A stretch of 61,628 nt of DNA, counting the filler, from Choristocarpus tenellus KU-1152 (Eukaryota; Protista; Phaeophyceae): the NCBI GenBank assembly GCA_964200185.2. It is 8 parts of 8 records of this genome, joined end to end, with 100 filler letters (N's around TTAATTAATTAA, not from the genome) between each part and the next. Parts side by side here need not be neighbours in the genome. Positions count along the whole stretch, not along the records: positions 1 to 28,772 come from CAXNAD020000118.1; 7 more parts are not named here. The stretch is one strand, 5' to 3'. Under the pieces are notes generated by a model that saw only the letters and a program-made list of their open reading frames with translations, searched no databases and was not told where the DNA came from. This document shows, in pieces, positions 11,407-24,362 of the stretch. Made by a program: the position numbers and the translations under genes. How positions within the stretch are numbered: position 1 is the first letter of the stretch; every line of letters begins with the position of its first letter.

Positions 11407-14400
11407 ATGGGCATCCATGGGATAATCGAGGTTGTACTGGAGTCATATTTGATGTCCCGCCTTGTTGATATTTGTAACTATGTGTTGAGCGCCCTTGGTG
11501 TACCTCCACCTCTTATGGATGCTGAGCAACTTGGGGTATGGATAGCTGCTACGCTCTCAACGCTTGCTTCGTACTACATCTTTTTTGGTAAGAGGCACCG
11601 GCGGAGGCGAAAATACTTGCAGACTGAACTTCGGGATGCACAAATTCGAGTGGCTGTCTTGGAGGAGAAACTCCTAGAGCTAGAAGGAGAGGATGGCACC
11701 GTCAATGGAGGGAAAGAAGTTCGGATTTGGATGGATGGGGCCTTCGACATGATGCATTTCGGGCACATGAATGCATTTAGGCAGGGGAAGGCATTGGGCA
11801 CCTACTTGGTTGTGGGAGTCAACAGCGATGAATCCATCACAAAGTGTAAGGGTCCACCCGTCATGAACGACCAGGAACGGCTGACAGCAGTGGAGGGGTG
11901 CAAGTTCGTTGACGAGGTGGTCCCTGGAGTCCCATACGTGATGAGTGAAGAGTACCTAGAGTACGTCATCGAAAAATATCGTATTGATTTCGTGGTTCAT
12001 GGTGACGATCCTTGTATCGTGGATGGCAAGGATGTGTACGCCGCAGCCAAGGCCAAGGGGAAGTACCGCACCATACCTCGTACAGAGGGTGTGTCCACTA
12101 CTGACATTGTGGGGAGGATGTTGTTGTGCAATAAGAGCCACCATTCGCACAGCGCAGAGGGGGGGAAGATTCCACACCTGGCATCCTTCAAGAAGTGAGT
12201 TTACGTACTTACGACGAGGTCACTACTCTCTGTCACCTGAGGCCTGGGCGATGTTGATGTAGGGGCGTTCTGTCTAGAAGTCTAGGATCCGTAGTCCATT
12301 GCAAGTTTGAGTGCAAGTTTGTATATGCAAGGAGAGTTTGGGTCAAGTTGGTGGATTTATTAGCGATGTGTTTGCCAGGTATCCAGAGTATGGAAAAACA
12401 AATCCTGGAGTTTCAGCATTCGCACTATTTGTTCTGTCTGTGGAGCATTGTGTAGTATCACCGGCCCTGGTTATGCTTCAAAATCAGGTAGTTACCACAC
12501 ATGGCTTCCAGCAATACTGAGCAGGCTGCTAATCCAGCCTCCTCTGTTTTGTCCCTGTTTACCCTCCTTAATGCAGGAATGGCCTCTCCCATGTTCGATC
12601 AAAGTTCCTTACGACTTCCTGGATGCTTCGCCTATTCTCAGGTGGTGTGAAGGCACCACCAAAAGGTGCACGTGTTGTGTACATCGATGGTGAGAAATAT
12701 TCTCAAGAGTTGACTTTCTCGAGCTGAAACACTACTACGAACCACTGACATATTTCCATACTTTTGATAAAGGGGGCAAACCTTGGTGCTCTGCTAAATA
12801 CTGGACACGAGCGATTGCCAGACATGAATTCTGATCTTCTCCTTCCCCAAACCCATGAAAACGCTGTTGCGGAAGGTGCATGGGACATGTTCCACGCAGG
12901 ACATGTAGGTGTGCTTAAGAAGGCACAAGAATTTGGTGACTACGTGATTGCTGGAGTCCACAGTGATGAGGTGGTCAATGCACAGCGAGGTCTTAACATG
13001 CCTATCATGAACCTCAATGAACGAGTACTCAGTGTCCTAGGCTGTGTATATGTCAATGATGTCCTCATTGATGCTCCACTTGATCTCACGAGGTGAGTTG
13101 ACTGTTGACTGCAGCTGATCCTGCGTGTAAGTTAGGTTACAGACAATTCACGCCCCTGAGAAATACTCATTTGTTTGGTTGTGTATCCTCACGAAGGTCA
13201 AAAGGATGAAAAAAAAATGAGGAGTTAGCATTTAAATGCCACATGCCTTGTGTATTCGAGTAGGGTTTACACTTACGTGGGATGGGAATTGAATAATTGG
13301 TTGGATTGCCACTGCAGTGATGTAGTGTATGCTTAAGACTACTGAGTTGTTTTGTAGTTGCATATACTTTGATTGTCTCATACTGTCCCTCCTATTGTAA
13401 TATTTCGTTTTTTCTACTAACGTAACTGTCAATCACCGTGCTTTGTTATGGCAGGGAAATGATGGCATCACTCAATATCTGTGCTGTTGTGCATGGAACC
13501 GTGGATGACAACAAAAGCGCTGTAGAATGTGAGATGGCTAGTGAAACATAACATGCAGATTGCCTAGGGGAGCAGTGCAATCGATTTGATACAGTGTGTA
13601 GCGTTTATGGCAGCTTTCAAGCGTACTTGTTTTGCACCTACCTTTCAATACGTTCATTGCAACAGGTGCGCACTATCTGTGCCACTAAAAGACAGATGTG
13701 AATATGTTGTCTTATCTCTGTTTACTACATTGAAGAGTAATGTATACAGCTGAAGCAATATTTTGCATTGTAGATGGTACCATGAATGTACCTGTTGAAA
13801 TTGGGCCCCATATAGTGGTAATACACAGGACTATGCACACATGAGTCTTGTATGCCTTTGAGTTACTGTGGTATAGAAGGATATGGAGTGTCAAGATTAC
13901 AGGACTGATGGATCGAAAAGTGTTGTATTCAAAGACACTTATCAGTAGTTTGTAATTATCCAAAACAATACAATACAATAGTGACCAGGGGCGAGTCGAA
14001 GCAATTTATAGCTACGTTCATGCATATGTGTTGCCTGATTGAAAAAAGAGATACCACAGGTTTCCAAACCTGATCTCAGGCGTTTTGAGATTACGTGGCC
14101 AATGCCCTTTGTCCCAAATGTAAAGTTTGTTATTAGTTTAAATTGTTGGAAACCATGAATGCAAGGTGGGCATCGTGTAAATTGTGTGTCCCTGGTGTAG
14201 AGGGTGTAACACCATGAACCTCTATGTACCGGACAACAACAGATGAGTTCCTACTAAGTATCAATGAGAGAAGTGCACTCGCAACTCTTTTCCCAGTAGA
14301 GGACAGGAATAGCACTGGTGGGAGTGCACCAAGCGTATCTATACTTTGCACTGGAGGACCTGTCTATTTAGAATATTTCTGAAGTGGTGTGGTTAGAAGC

Positions 14401-15313
14401 CCCAAAACAGCTATATTTTACTATGCTTTATTGGTAGTTGTATGTATTGACTAATTGCCTAGGAGTTGAGATTTCATGGCATGCTACACAGTAAGAGGTG
14501 TAACCCCCATGCAAGTGAAGCGAATAGTATGTAATTCAAGGATGAAACAAACGGATCGAACCAATTAAACCAAAAGTGCAAGTGTGTTCGCATCAATTGA
14601 GGATCAAAGAGATGGCTTATTTGTGTGTTAAATGACTCTACTCATTTCTTCATGTAGAGTCAAAGTTCGTGATCAAATTGAAGATGACGCATGACATTTT
14701 TTGCTCACCCCCATGGTGCTGAATGCTGACATTTTTTCAATAGAGAGATACAATGCTTTCCTCATCTTTCTGTGCAATCACAGCACCTACCTTGAATTAT
14801 ATGCCCTATATATATTATTGCTGGTTGCCTTCTTCAATATATTTTCCTCCTTGGTATGTAGAGCTGATATTTTATCACAAGTTTCACTTTGATTTGAAAA
14901 CCTGAACCAAACATTCTCACTTGCCATGCATTGCTTGCTGTTTATGTAGCAACAAGATTCTCAAATTACAACGTTGCCAAGGAGATGGAGATCTTTCATG
15001 TAATCACAAGGTGGGTGATGATGTGGTCAGGTGCCAGGCAGGTTGAGCTAGTAGCATCATAAACATGCAGATCTAAGAAGAACATGAGAATTAGAAGACA
15101 CCTTGGGTCATCTTCACCCACGAGTCATTTCTTAATGTGTGAACTACTCCTATCTGTGGTTCTATTGTTCCTTGCAGTCCTTCAAGCTTAACGGTGATGG
15201 AGATCGTGGGTCGCATAGAGGAGAATCAGGAAATCTTCCAGAAAAAGTTTGCAAAGAAGATGCTGGCTGAGGATGAGTACTACAAGAAACGCTACAAGTT
15301 AGAAGAGAACTGA
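11407..15313 (+). CDS. PCYT2: Ethanolamine-phosphate cytidylyltransferase (PECT/ECT) with two CT domains, 6 exons (11407-12194, 12577-12689, 12876-13092, 13455-13528, 14950-15010, 15178-15313)
   Basis: WMDGAFDMMHFGH and YIDGAWDMFHAGH (two HxGH motifs), KGPPVMN..ER, VVHGDD, RTEGVSTTDIVGRML and PIMNLNERVLSVL. Exon phases are consistent through to TGA at 15311-15313. N-terminal hydrophobic segment present; the exact start ATG is uncertain. Confidence 0.92.
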
Positions 15314-15460
15314 GTCTGTACACTGATGGGAACTCAAGATTTTGAAAAGATTTGGTACTTGAAAACACGAACCTAAATTTATTTGATGACCAGTTTGAAT
15401 GAAAGCTATTGATGCGTGTATATGTGTCCTTCCTATTACACACACACACACACAGTCACT

Positions 15461-18400
15461 TCACATGTCTTCATCAGAGGAGGCCTGCCTCTTGGAAGGG
15501 TGTTGTGCTTCCTCATCACTTTCCCACTTCCGCTTCCCACCTTCATCCTCCAAATTTCCTCCCACTTCCTCCTCAGAATCATCACTGCTTGACGACAATC
15601 CTATGTCCTTGAGGTTTGCAGATACAGTGGACAATGATCCACTCACAACGTTTTCTGTCCCATTTTCTCCCCTACCAGTTGCATCACCGTAACGATCAGC
15701 CTGTCCTGTATCATCTTCCCCATTGTCTGATTGGATGTCCCCCTCATCTCCTGACTCACTTTCATACTGAGGGGCGTGATCAGTCGATTGTTCACGGCCT
15801 CGTTTTGGATCAGGTTTGCTTACATGAGTCCACGCCTCCTGCAGTTTAGTGAGACTGGCCTGCTTCACTTTGGCACGTTCCTGGCGTTGCACGGCGCGGT
15901 TAGCCTGCCTCACCCGCTCATCTTCCTCCTCCCGCTTCCGCTGTTGCACCATCTGAGTTAAGTAAGATGAGAGAGAGGTTAGAATCTCCTCAGTAGGTGC
16001 ACATCCTTAGGTGAAACAGAAAATCCAAATTCCTGACATTTTCTCCTGGTTCTCTTGTGAGTCGATTGACACGGATGGGATGGGTCACTTCCGCCTCACC
16101 TTTTCCAATGCGAGTTGGTGCCTTTCCCGGACTGTCTGCTGCTGGTCCGCCTTGATCTTTTCATGGCTCAGGTGTTGGTCAGCGCGCTCAATGTTGTCAA
16201 AGCAGAACTTGGCATGCTTCTCTGCCTTGTTTGAATCAAATGGTAAGCGGCGATGAGACCCTCCGGTCTTGTCTGGCTCGCACTGTGTGAGCCAATTGAA
16301 CAGCTTGGTGGCACCCTGTTGGGTTCCACGCAGCAGAATGTATTGAGTCAGGGTCAAAAGAGGTGCTACCGTCACCAATACACTATCATAGACTTTACAA
16401 GAACAGAATTGAATCCTCTTACTGGTAGCTGCAAGAAGATTGTGTACCTTCAGATCCTTGATGGCATTCTCCACCTCTGTGAGTGTTCGAGCTTCGCCCT
16501 TCTGCTCCTTTTGCAAGACCGCCACAGCGAAGGTCTCACGGGTAAGGGCAAGGTTGTACCACAACTGAAGGTTATTGGGTGATACATGAAGAGCCTTGAG
16601 CAGAGTCTGCATGCACTCTCTGTACTGACGGGCATCAAAGTATGCATGGGCAAGGTAGACATGGACGCTTGCTTCCCTACCCCCATGGAACTTCTTGAGG
16701 CAATTCTGGTAGAGACGAATTGCCTGTGGGAAGAGAGGTGTGGTTGTTTCAACTGTTGTCAGGTCAGGTCAAGCACCATCTGCATCGTTGGTCTGGGAAA
16801 GGTGCTTGAAACGACAAAGAACTTGACCATCTAATCAAGAAATTGAAGATACCAGCAATACCACTCTAAACCAGGGCCTGGAATGTCATCCTTACGTAGA
16901 ATGGGTGTTCTCTGTGGGCAGAGGGAATCAACTTACTGAAAGGCTTCATGTATGTCCTATAGATGGATTACAGACAGTAATGTAGCGTAACACTGTATCA
17001 ATAATACTACTAGCACTGTATTGTACTGCATTACAATTAGTACATCTGGTAGGGCTAGTTATTCAGAAGAGATGTGACCTGATACAACGCTTGCTCCCAA
17101 GGTAGGATTATCCTTAAACTCTCCTCTATCACTGGTACTTATCGAGCATATTTGATTGGTGTAGCCTTACAGTACTGCCACTAGACAAACTACAATAGCA
17201 GGCAAGGTATTTGTATGATACACATAACCAGGGTTTGTCGCAGTAGTGACCACAGCAGTAATGATTAGATATGTGGAAGTATATTATACCATACCGTGAT
17301 CTACCTTAGGACTTTGACTACTACAATGGGTACAGTGCTCTACCATGGAAATGCCATTGATAATAAAAAAGAAATAGACTCTCTACTGTAACATACAGAG
17401 ATATTGAAGTATTTTCAATGTAATATTACACACTGTATCATTATTGTTGCGTGTATGTCAAGCAGGAGTACCATGACTCACATGCCCATGGCTCAATGGT
17501 TAAGGAAATTGGCCCCTGTATAAATTGTACGAGGTCAACTCCTATGAACGCCAGACTACTTCTCATGGAAATATCACTTCAATCATAGAAAACCCATGTG
17601 GCAAGATGAGGCAACTCCAGCACAAGATTCCAGGGCACCATTGAAAACAGTGGAACTAGACTTTTAAACATGATTCAGTTTAGCCAGTGTTACATATTGG
17701 TTAAGAAAGAAACCATTAACAGGTTATGCAAATATCAGAAAATGTGGACAAGATATTCTACACTTTTCTACCTCCAAGGGCAAACACTGACCAGTGTTAG
17801 AGACTGTAGATAATACTGTGAGAGGTTGTTACATTGTTGTACTTAAAGTTGAAGCAAGAGAGGGTAAGAGAGTGCAAGTACCATCTGGATACCTGTCACT
17901 ATGGTTACTCATTGATACACCATTGTGCAATACTATCTGTCGAGTTACATGAGGCAAAAAGACATCGACATCTACCAGAACATTTTGTAACAACTTACAT
18001 CAATTATTGTCACCATGATATTCCAATACTTCTACAACTCCTGTCATGGAATTGAAGCACTAATCGCAACAAAAATGGTGTAACATCACACCACTCTGCA
18101 GGCTGATGATTTAATAGTTGGCAGAAACCGAGACATTTCTGGATTAGTGAGCACCCTGGTACAAAAAAGGCTCTCATTCAATAAATCCTTGCACAAAACC
18201 ATGACACTGCCAACACCACACAATTCAACTATCAAAAACTAATGGAATCACCGTACTATACTGTGCCATTCAAATTTTAAAAAAATACTCTTGAGAAAAA
18301 ACGCCGTACTGTATCATGATGTTTCCAAAAGTGGCCAATACTCTACTGAAATGTGAAATCATTCCCGAGAATAAGTCTTTGACAAATCAGTAGACAATTC

Positions 18401-21400
18401 TGCAATGTGGGGTTCTACTCACATACAAATATGTAAACCAACTAAATTTTTCTGATGCACCTCATGCCAACGGCAACGAGTCAGCATTTTTTTATATTTA
18501 TATATAGATATATACTGTTGTTATGGTTCACTTACTGGCAAAGAGCTGGAACTATTGAAAGGGTCTATGGAGGTCTACAAACATTTATGTCTAATAGTGT
18601 ATGGCATGTAAAAGCTTGTACAGAAAGAACCTAATAGGAGTCACTTTTGCTGTTTTACTCTCACCTCATTGTGTTTGTTTTGAGCCAAATACACATGAGC
18701 TAGATTAATCCACACATCTGCCAAAACCTCTGCAGAGATCTCCCTCACCCTAGCAAACACGTCCTTTGCTTGATCCAACATGCCTTTCTCAGCTAGAACC
18801 ATTCCCAATCCATTAGCTGCAGTGGAATCAGTGGGAAATGGGAGGGAGAGGCTGTGCTTCAATTTGTTTAAAAAACAAGAACCGCATTGCTCTACATTGA
18901 AATATCATAGGGAATGAAAGACATCTTGCTTTGGTTGTGTGTGTGACACCCTGCTCACAAACTGAGTGTCACAACTACATTTTGAGATGATAACTTCACA
19001 AACGATCACACATTCCTCAGAAGTACAATGCTCAACGAGGACACAAAGCTCAACATCATCAGCTAGAAGACAATACAGCAACTAAACAAAGGTTTGCAGG
19101 ATGACCAACATGAATAAGCAACCCTACCTGCCCAACGGTGTAACCCTCACCTGCAAAGGCATTTGCATCATCCTCCTTTAGCACTTCTTGATAGAAATTT
19201 GCAGCGTACTGAAGGTGCTTCTCATATTTTGTCCGGTCCTCCAAGTTGCTGAAGTAGATATTGCCTAATGAAAGCATTGCATAGCTGTCTCCACGGAGAG
19301 TTGGCTACAGGGGTGGGAAAACTACATGGTTGATCACATGTAGAAGTAACCGTCATACAATGAACACAAGGTACCAGAAAAATCAACACCGGGAAAGAAA
19401 ATCTTGAGGGGTGTTCAAAGTGGGCATTTATTTTCTCTTGAAAAAGCACACAACCACTCTTGTGAATCTTGTCCAAATCATCACGGGCAATGGAGGCATC
19501 AACAGTCAACTATCACCCACCAGGTCAAGTATCATCTCGAATTTCTTCTGTGCTGGGCCCCACTCCAGGTTGCGCATGTGAAGGTTGCCAATGTATGCCA
19601 GGATATCTGGATTCTCGCTGTCAATGTCCAATGCCTGCTTGAACCACTTGCTTGCCTCATGAATCTGCCCAGAGTCTCTGGCAATGCTGCCCAGTCGAAG
19701 GTAGCCTAGGGGAAGGAATGGAGGCAAATTGTAATAATCAACAAACCCTCCCAAAACCAATAAAACAATCAGTCTAACAGGGCCTGGCTACAAACTTCAC
19801 TTTTCTTATCCCTATTGCAGCACACAATTTCATTGCAGCAAATCATCGCTCATTAACTATCAAGGCTCTCCCTCACTGTGAACATAAGTAGGGTGTTCCG
19901 CTAGTATCGCCTTGTGGAGCTCCTGTGCGGCCTCATGGTGCCCCTGCTTCTCGTGAAGTAATGCCAGATTGAACGTTACTGACACCTTTTCCTTTGTAAT
20001 TCGGTTCTTTCGCGTCTTCTTGTACAACCTCCCCTCCACCGGCGGGCTGTCCTTATCTGCAAGTGCAACATCAGCCACTTCAAACTCTCCATCTTTTTCA
20101 GTCCCCTGCGCAGTTGACACAAAACTGCTGCCAACACGCACCTGCACACCCTTCCGTACAGCTCCTCCAAGCGATGCTGATGTTTGTACCATGCGAGAAC
20201 CTCCAACTAACGTAGCCATCGCAGGAAGCTCCTTCCACTCCCAGAAGAGTGGGTTAGCAGGATCAGTCACCCTTAGAACAGACTCTGTATCCCCAGTCTC
20301 CTCCACAGTTGCCTGACTAGGCCTGCCCTGCTCCAGTGCTTGTTCGTAAGCATTTCTTGCCTCCACAGGGTTGCCAACCCGCTCGTGCAAGACCGCAATG
20401 TTGGTCCATGCAGCTTGACCTGTTTGCCATTGGCGGCCATCTCTGTGTATCCTTTCCCCCCCACCTGAGCTGTCATTGCTTAGAGCACTGCTGGTATTGT
20501 TCCCTTCAGCTGATGATACTCCTAGGCCCCTGGTGTAAGAGGAGAGGGCCAGCTGATGATCTACAGAATCCTCCTGTAGCACCTGGTGTCCAGAGGATGA
20601 AGCAAACAATCACACTATCGGTTCAAATCATGGTACACAGCACCAACTCAAGGCACCTAAAGGAACATACAGCACGAGGAGCATGTAGCAAAGGTTGACA
20701 ACAATACCTGTGCTTGGGCAATCCATGCATCTGAAAGATTGGGATTAAGCTCCAAAGCCCTCTTGAACTTTGCCAAGGCCAATGGACGCTGCTTGTTTTT
20801 TGCATGCAGCATTCCCAGCAACACCAAGGCCTCCTGCAGTATACCAGAAGGCACGCTTGAAAGGTGAGAGATGTGGTGAGACAGAAAACCACATTTTGAT
20901 GGAGAAGATACGAGCAAGAAACCCTGTACATCTCTTTCTCAAGTACCTCTACTGTTTACGACCTTGAAAGGCAAAGAAAGCATAACATCTAGGGTCCGTC
21001 CAAACTCACACGCAACTCAGCAGGTATCCAAACTCAATCCGCCATCTTCGAGGTGGAAGCTGCAACACAATAGCAACAATCTGGGCTCTGATATGTTATC
21101 CCTAAATCACCATTGAGTGAAAGTCTCCATGTTGCTTACCTGGCTATCAGGAACCTCTGCCAGTACTGCATTAAGTGCGTTCATGGCAGGAGTAATGTCG
21201 CCATCAAAGACAAGCATTTGAGCCATTCCATATTGAGCAAGAGCAAACCTTGGCCAGAGTTTGCATGCCTCCACATATTTGACCTTTGCCTCGCTGAATT
21301 TCCCCTTTGCATGGTACACTCTTGCCCTGAGATAGCAACTCTCTGCTTTAATCTCAGCAGTTGAGGTGTTGTCATAGGCTTTGCCTGCCAGCTCCAACAC

Positions 21401-24156
21401 CTGCCTTGTCGGGAGAGTACTAAGGTTGAGACACTGAAAAACAGGCGGTTTTCAGGCCCATTCACCGGACTGGCAAATGAAAATGATCTCTTCCAGGGGT
21501 CAGACCGGCCCCACAATTATCCAACATGTCCTGGTCCATTTCCACTAGATATTGTACCACTCAATGTCAACCAACTGGACTAGGACTGACTTTCTCAAAC
21601 AACTCAAGACCATGCCCAACAGATATTGTACTCATCAATGTCCACAGGCTGAAGTGGGTCTAAATTTTTCTAACATGTTTGCTGGCTGGGCAAACTTTGT
21701 CTGACATGTCCACACCATGTCCACTTCGCTTTGTACTAGTTCAGTCCACGACCAGTCACAGACCCAGACCAAGGAGATAAACATAGGGCTGAAAGTAACA
21801 GATAACGGTATGAACTATTGGATTTATATACCATCAACATACCATCATTGGTATACAGATTGGTGGTATACCTTAAAACGCTATACCAATTCGTTGATCT
21901 TTCCACACATATCTGGTTGGCAGGAATCTCGAGTTTGTCTTCAAAATCGGTGCACCAATGATTTTTTGGCTACATTTACTTCCCTACCCAGATCATAGAT
22001 TATCACAACCACCTAAACATAGTTCATTACACCATTCCTTAAGGTATAGTGTAGCTGCCAAAGTCTACCAAACCCAAAAAATATATCCGTATAAAATATA
22101 TATATAGAAAGAGAAAGCAACCAACTACTACTACATACACAGAACTGTTGAACTATTTACTATTTGGAGTGAATGGGTCCATGTAGCATGCCATGATATG
22201 ACTGTGTGTCAAATGAGGTTTACCTTGACGGTCATAAGCAAAATCTTCTGGCATGCCAGGGTCCATGACCATCACTACTTCAATATGGTCGGGTCACCAG
22301 CTGGCTCTGTAATAATAAATTTAAACATGGCCAAGTCCATGGTCATCATTGCTGTAATAAAGACAGGCCGCTGGTCGGCCCTGCACAACCAAGTTTGAAC
22401 ATGGCCGAGCCCATGACCATCAACTGTTTCAACATGGCGGGCTCATGGGTCAGTCCACAGTCATATGGCCAACGGTTGACATGCTAACTGCCCAGCCTGG
22501 TGAGCGGGCTTAGTTTCCCAAGTATAAAGAGTGCAGCTATCTAGTTTCCACTTTCAAGTTGCAAATTGATGACTGCAATCAGCTACATGTTGACTGCTCC
22601 ACGTATCCAATTCAGGCAAACAAATGACTCACCTTCTCATACTCCCTCCTGTAGAATTTCAGCCCAACTCCAGACAATCCAGAGTAGGATTCTTTAAGTG
22701 GAAGCCTCATCCCTTCCACTCCACCATCACCTACAGCAGTAACAAAGGTGGGTCCAATCCGGATAGCATCTCCAGCACTAAGGATGCCATAAATGTCTGC
22801 GCTCAAAATTGCTGTTCGTGACCCCTCTTCTACACTAACTGTGCCCTTCAGTTGTGACCAACTCCAGAAGTAATGGTTTGCAAGATGGTTGAGAACCATG
22901 GAGTTGGTGCTATCCACATGATATGCCGTGCTTATAGTATTGATAGCATTCTCGGTTCGTATAGCCACATCAGGCGAGTCTCGGGCCAGAGTTGACAAAT
23001 CCAGAATGGCGGTGCCAACTAAGGCCTGGATATTTTGGGGGTCTAGCTCTAGGGCCCTCATCATGGCTGCTTTCGCCCTACTCACTTGGCCCAGCTTGTA
23101 ACAGCAAAGTCCAAAGCCCACTCGGATGGATGCAGAGCACCTTGGGTTCAGACGAATGGCTTCACTGCTCAAGTCCCGTCAACAGCGTAACAAACAAGAC
23201 AAGTGGGTAGTTTAATTAGACAGTCCAGGGGATGTGCTAACAGGAAAACCAATGATAAATTGATCTCATTGCAGCTTTTCCCGAACATGCCAACCTCCGC
23301 AACCCAGTCCTCGGCAAGGATGGACAACTTTGTGACCTCCCTAGTGAAACTGTGTTACTTTCAAACACAATAAAGAGCACAACAAATATATCACCTGTAA
23401 AGCTCCAGCGCCTGCTCATAGTTTCCGTGATGAAAGCTGATTGCTGCTTCGCCTAGGGTAGCAGGAAAGTTTTTCCTCTTTTTCCGTGCATTTTCGAAGA
23501 AGTACTTCGCCCTGTCAAGCTCGCCCTGACTTAGATAGAAAACCCCCTTCCCTACCCATGTAAGTTCCGACATGTTGTCGATGCGGTCTGCACTAGTAAG
23601 ATGATCAAGCGCCTCCAAGAACTGGTTATCCCTCGCGATTCCTTCCCTGCAGGAAGATGCGCGCTTCACTGCATCAGCAGCAAGAGCATTGAGGATTCGG
23701 ATTCGACCTACCTCGAAGGCCTTCATATCGTCCGAGTAGTACTGTTCAGTTTGGGGGTTTAGTGCGACAATGATCTCATTCAGGATTGCTCGGAAGTGGC
23801 CTTCCAGCCCTTGCCGATGATATTCCACCTAAAAGGGGACCCAGGACGAGATAGTGAGAGTACCAAGATTAGAGGTGGGTTCATGATGGGACCAAAACAA
23901 ATGGTCTGATCTCAAAAAGCCGCCATCACAACATAATATTAGCCGAACTGTTAAGTCAATAAGTATCTTAGACACTCACAGCAAATCGTAGCCAAATATC
24001 CAGCGGAGCTATCTCAGCTTTCAGCACATCCACAACATCGTTGTAGTCATTGGGCAGCTCGTCTGTGTATACCTCAACCCTCTGTTCTGCACCCCTCACG
24101 GGGATTCTAATGCACCTGTCATCCACCTCATCGTCACTTCTCGGTGACATAGACAT
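15461..24156 (-). CDS. CTR9: RNA polymerase-associated protein CTR9 (PAF1 complex TPR subunit), 12 exons (24156-23980, 23828-23395, 23164-22633, 21400-21140, 20833-20708, 20582-19877, 19705-19521, 19304-19151, 18816-18665, 16723-16448, 16315-16100, 15952-15461)
   Basis: N-terminus [36 protein letters not shown]; also [75 protein letters not shown] and [10 protein letters not shown]. Multiple TPRs and an acidic tail. All introns are GT-AG with consistent phase. Confidence 0.93.
22250..22520. repeat. Degenerate intronic repeat with short subrepeats inside CTR9 intron 3
   Basis: ACATGGCC.AG.CCATG..CATCA-like units recur several times. Confidence 0.4.
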
Positions 24157-24362
24157 GGTTGAACCCTGGTGCAGAAGAGGCAGTCCTGAAATCACATAGA
24201 CACAATGTACTCCTAGCTTTTGTCGGGAGGATTTAGGTAAGGCTCTTCTCAACCTTTCCGCATACGCCTCCGCAAGGTTTGAACTCCCCTACAACTCCTC
24301 TTCTCCCCAAGTTGTGAATCATCAACAATATCTGTATATACCAGATAAACCTCTTCCCAGAT
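24157..24362. promoter_or_regulatory. Putative bidirectional promoter between CTR9 and VPS37
   Basis: Head-to-head ATGs 206 nt apart. Inferred from position only. Confidence 0.45.
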
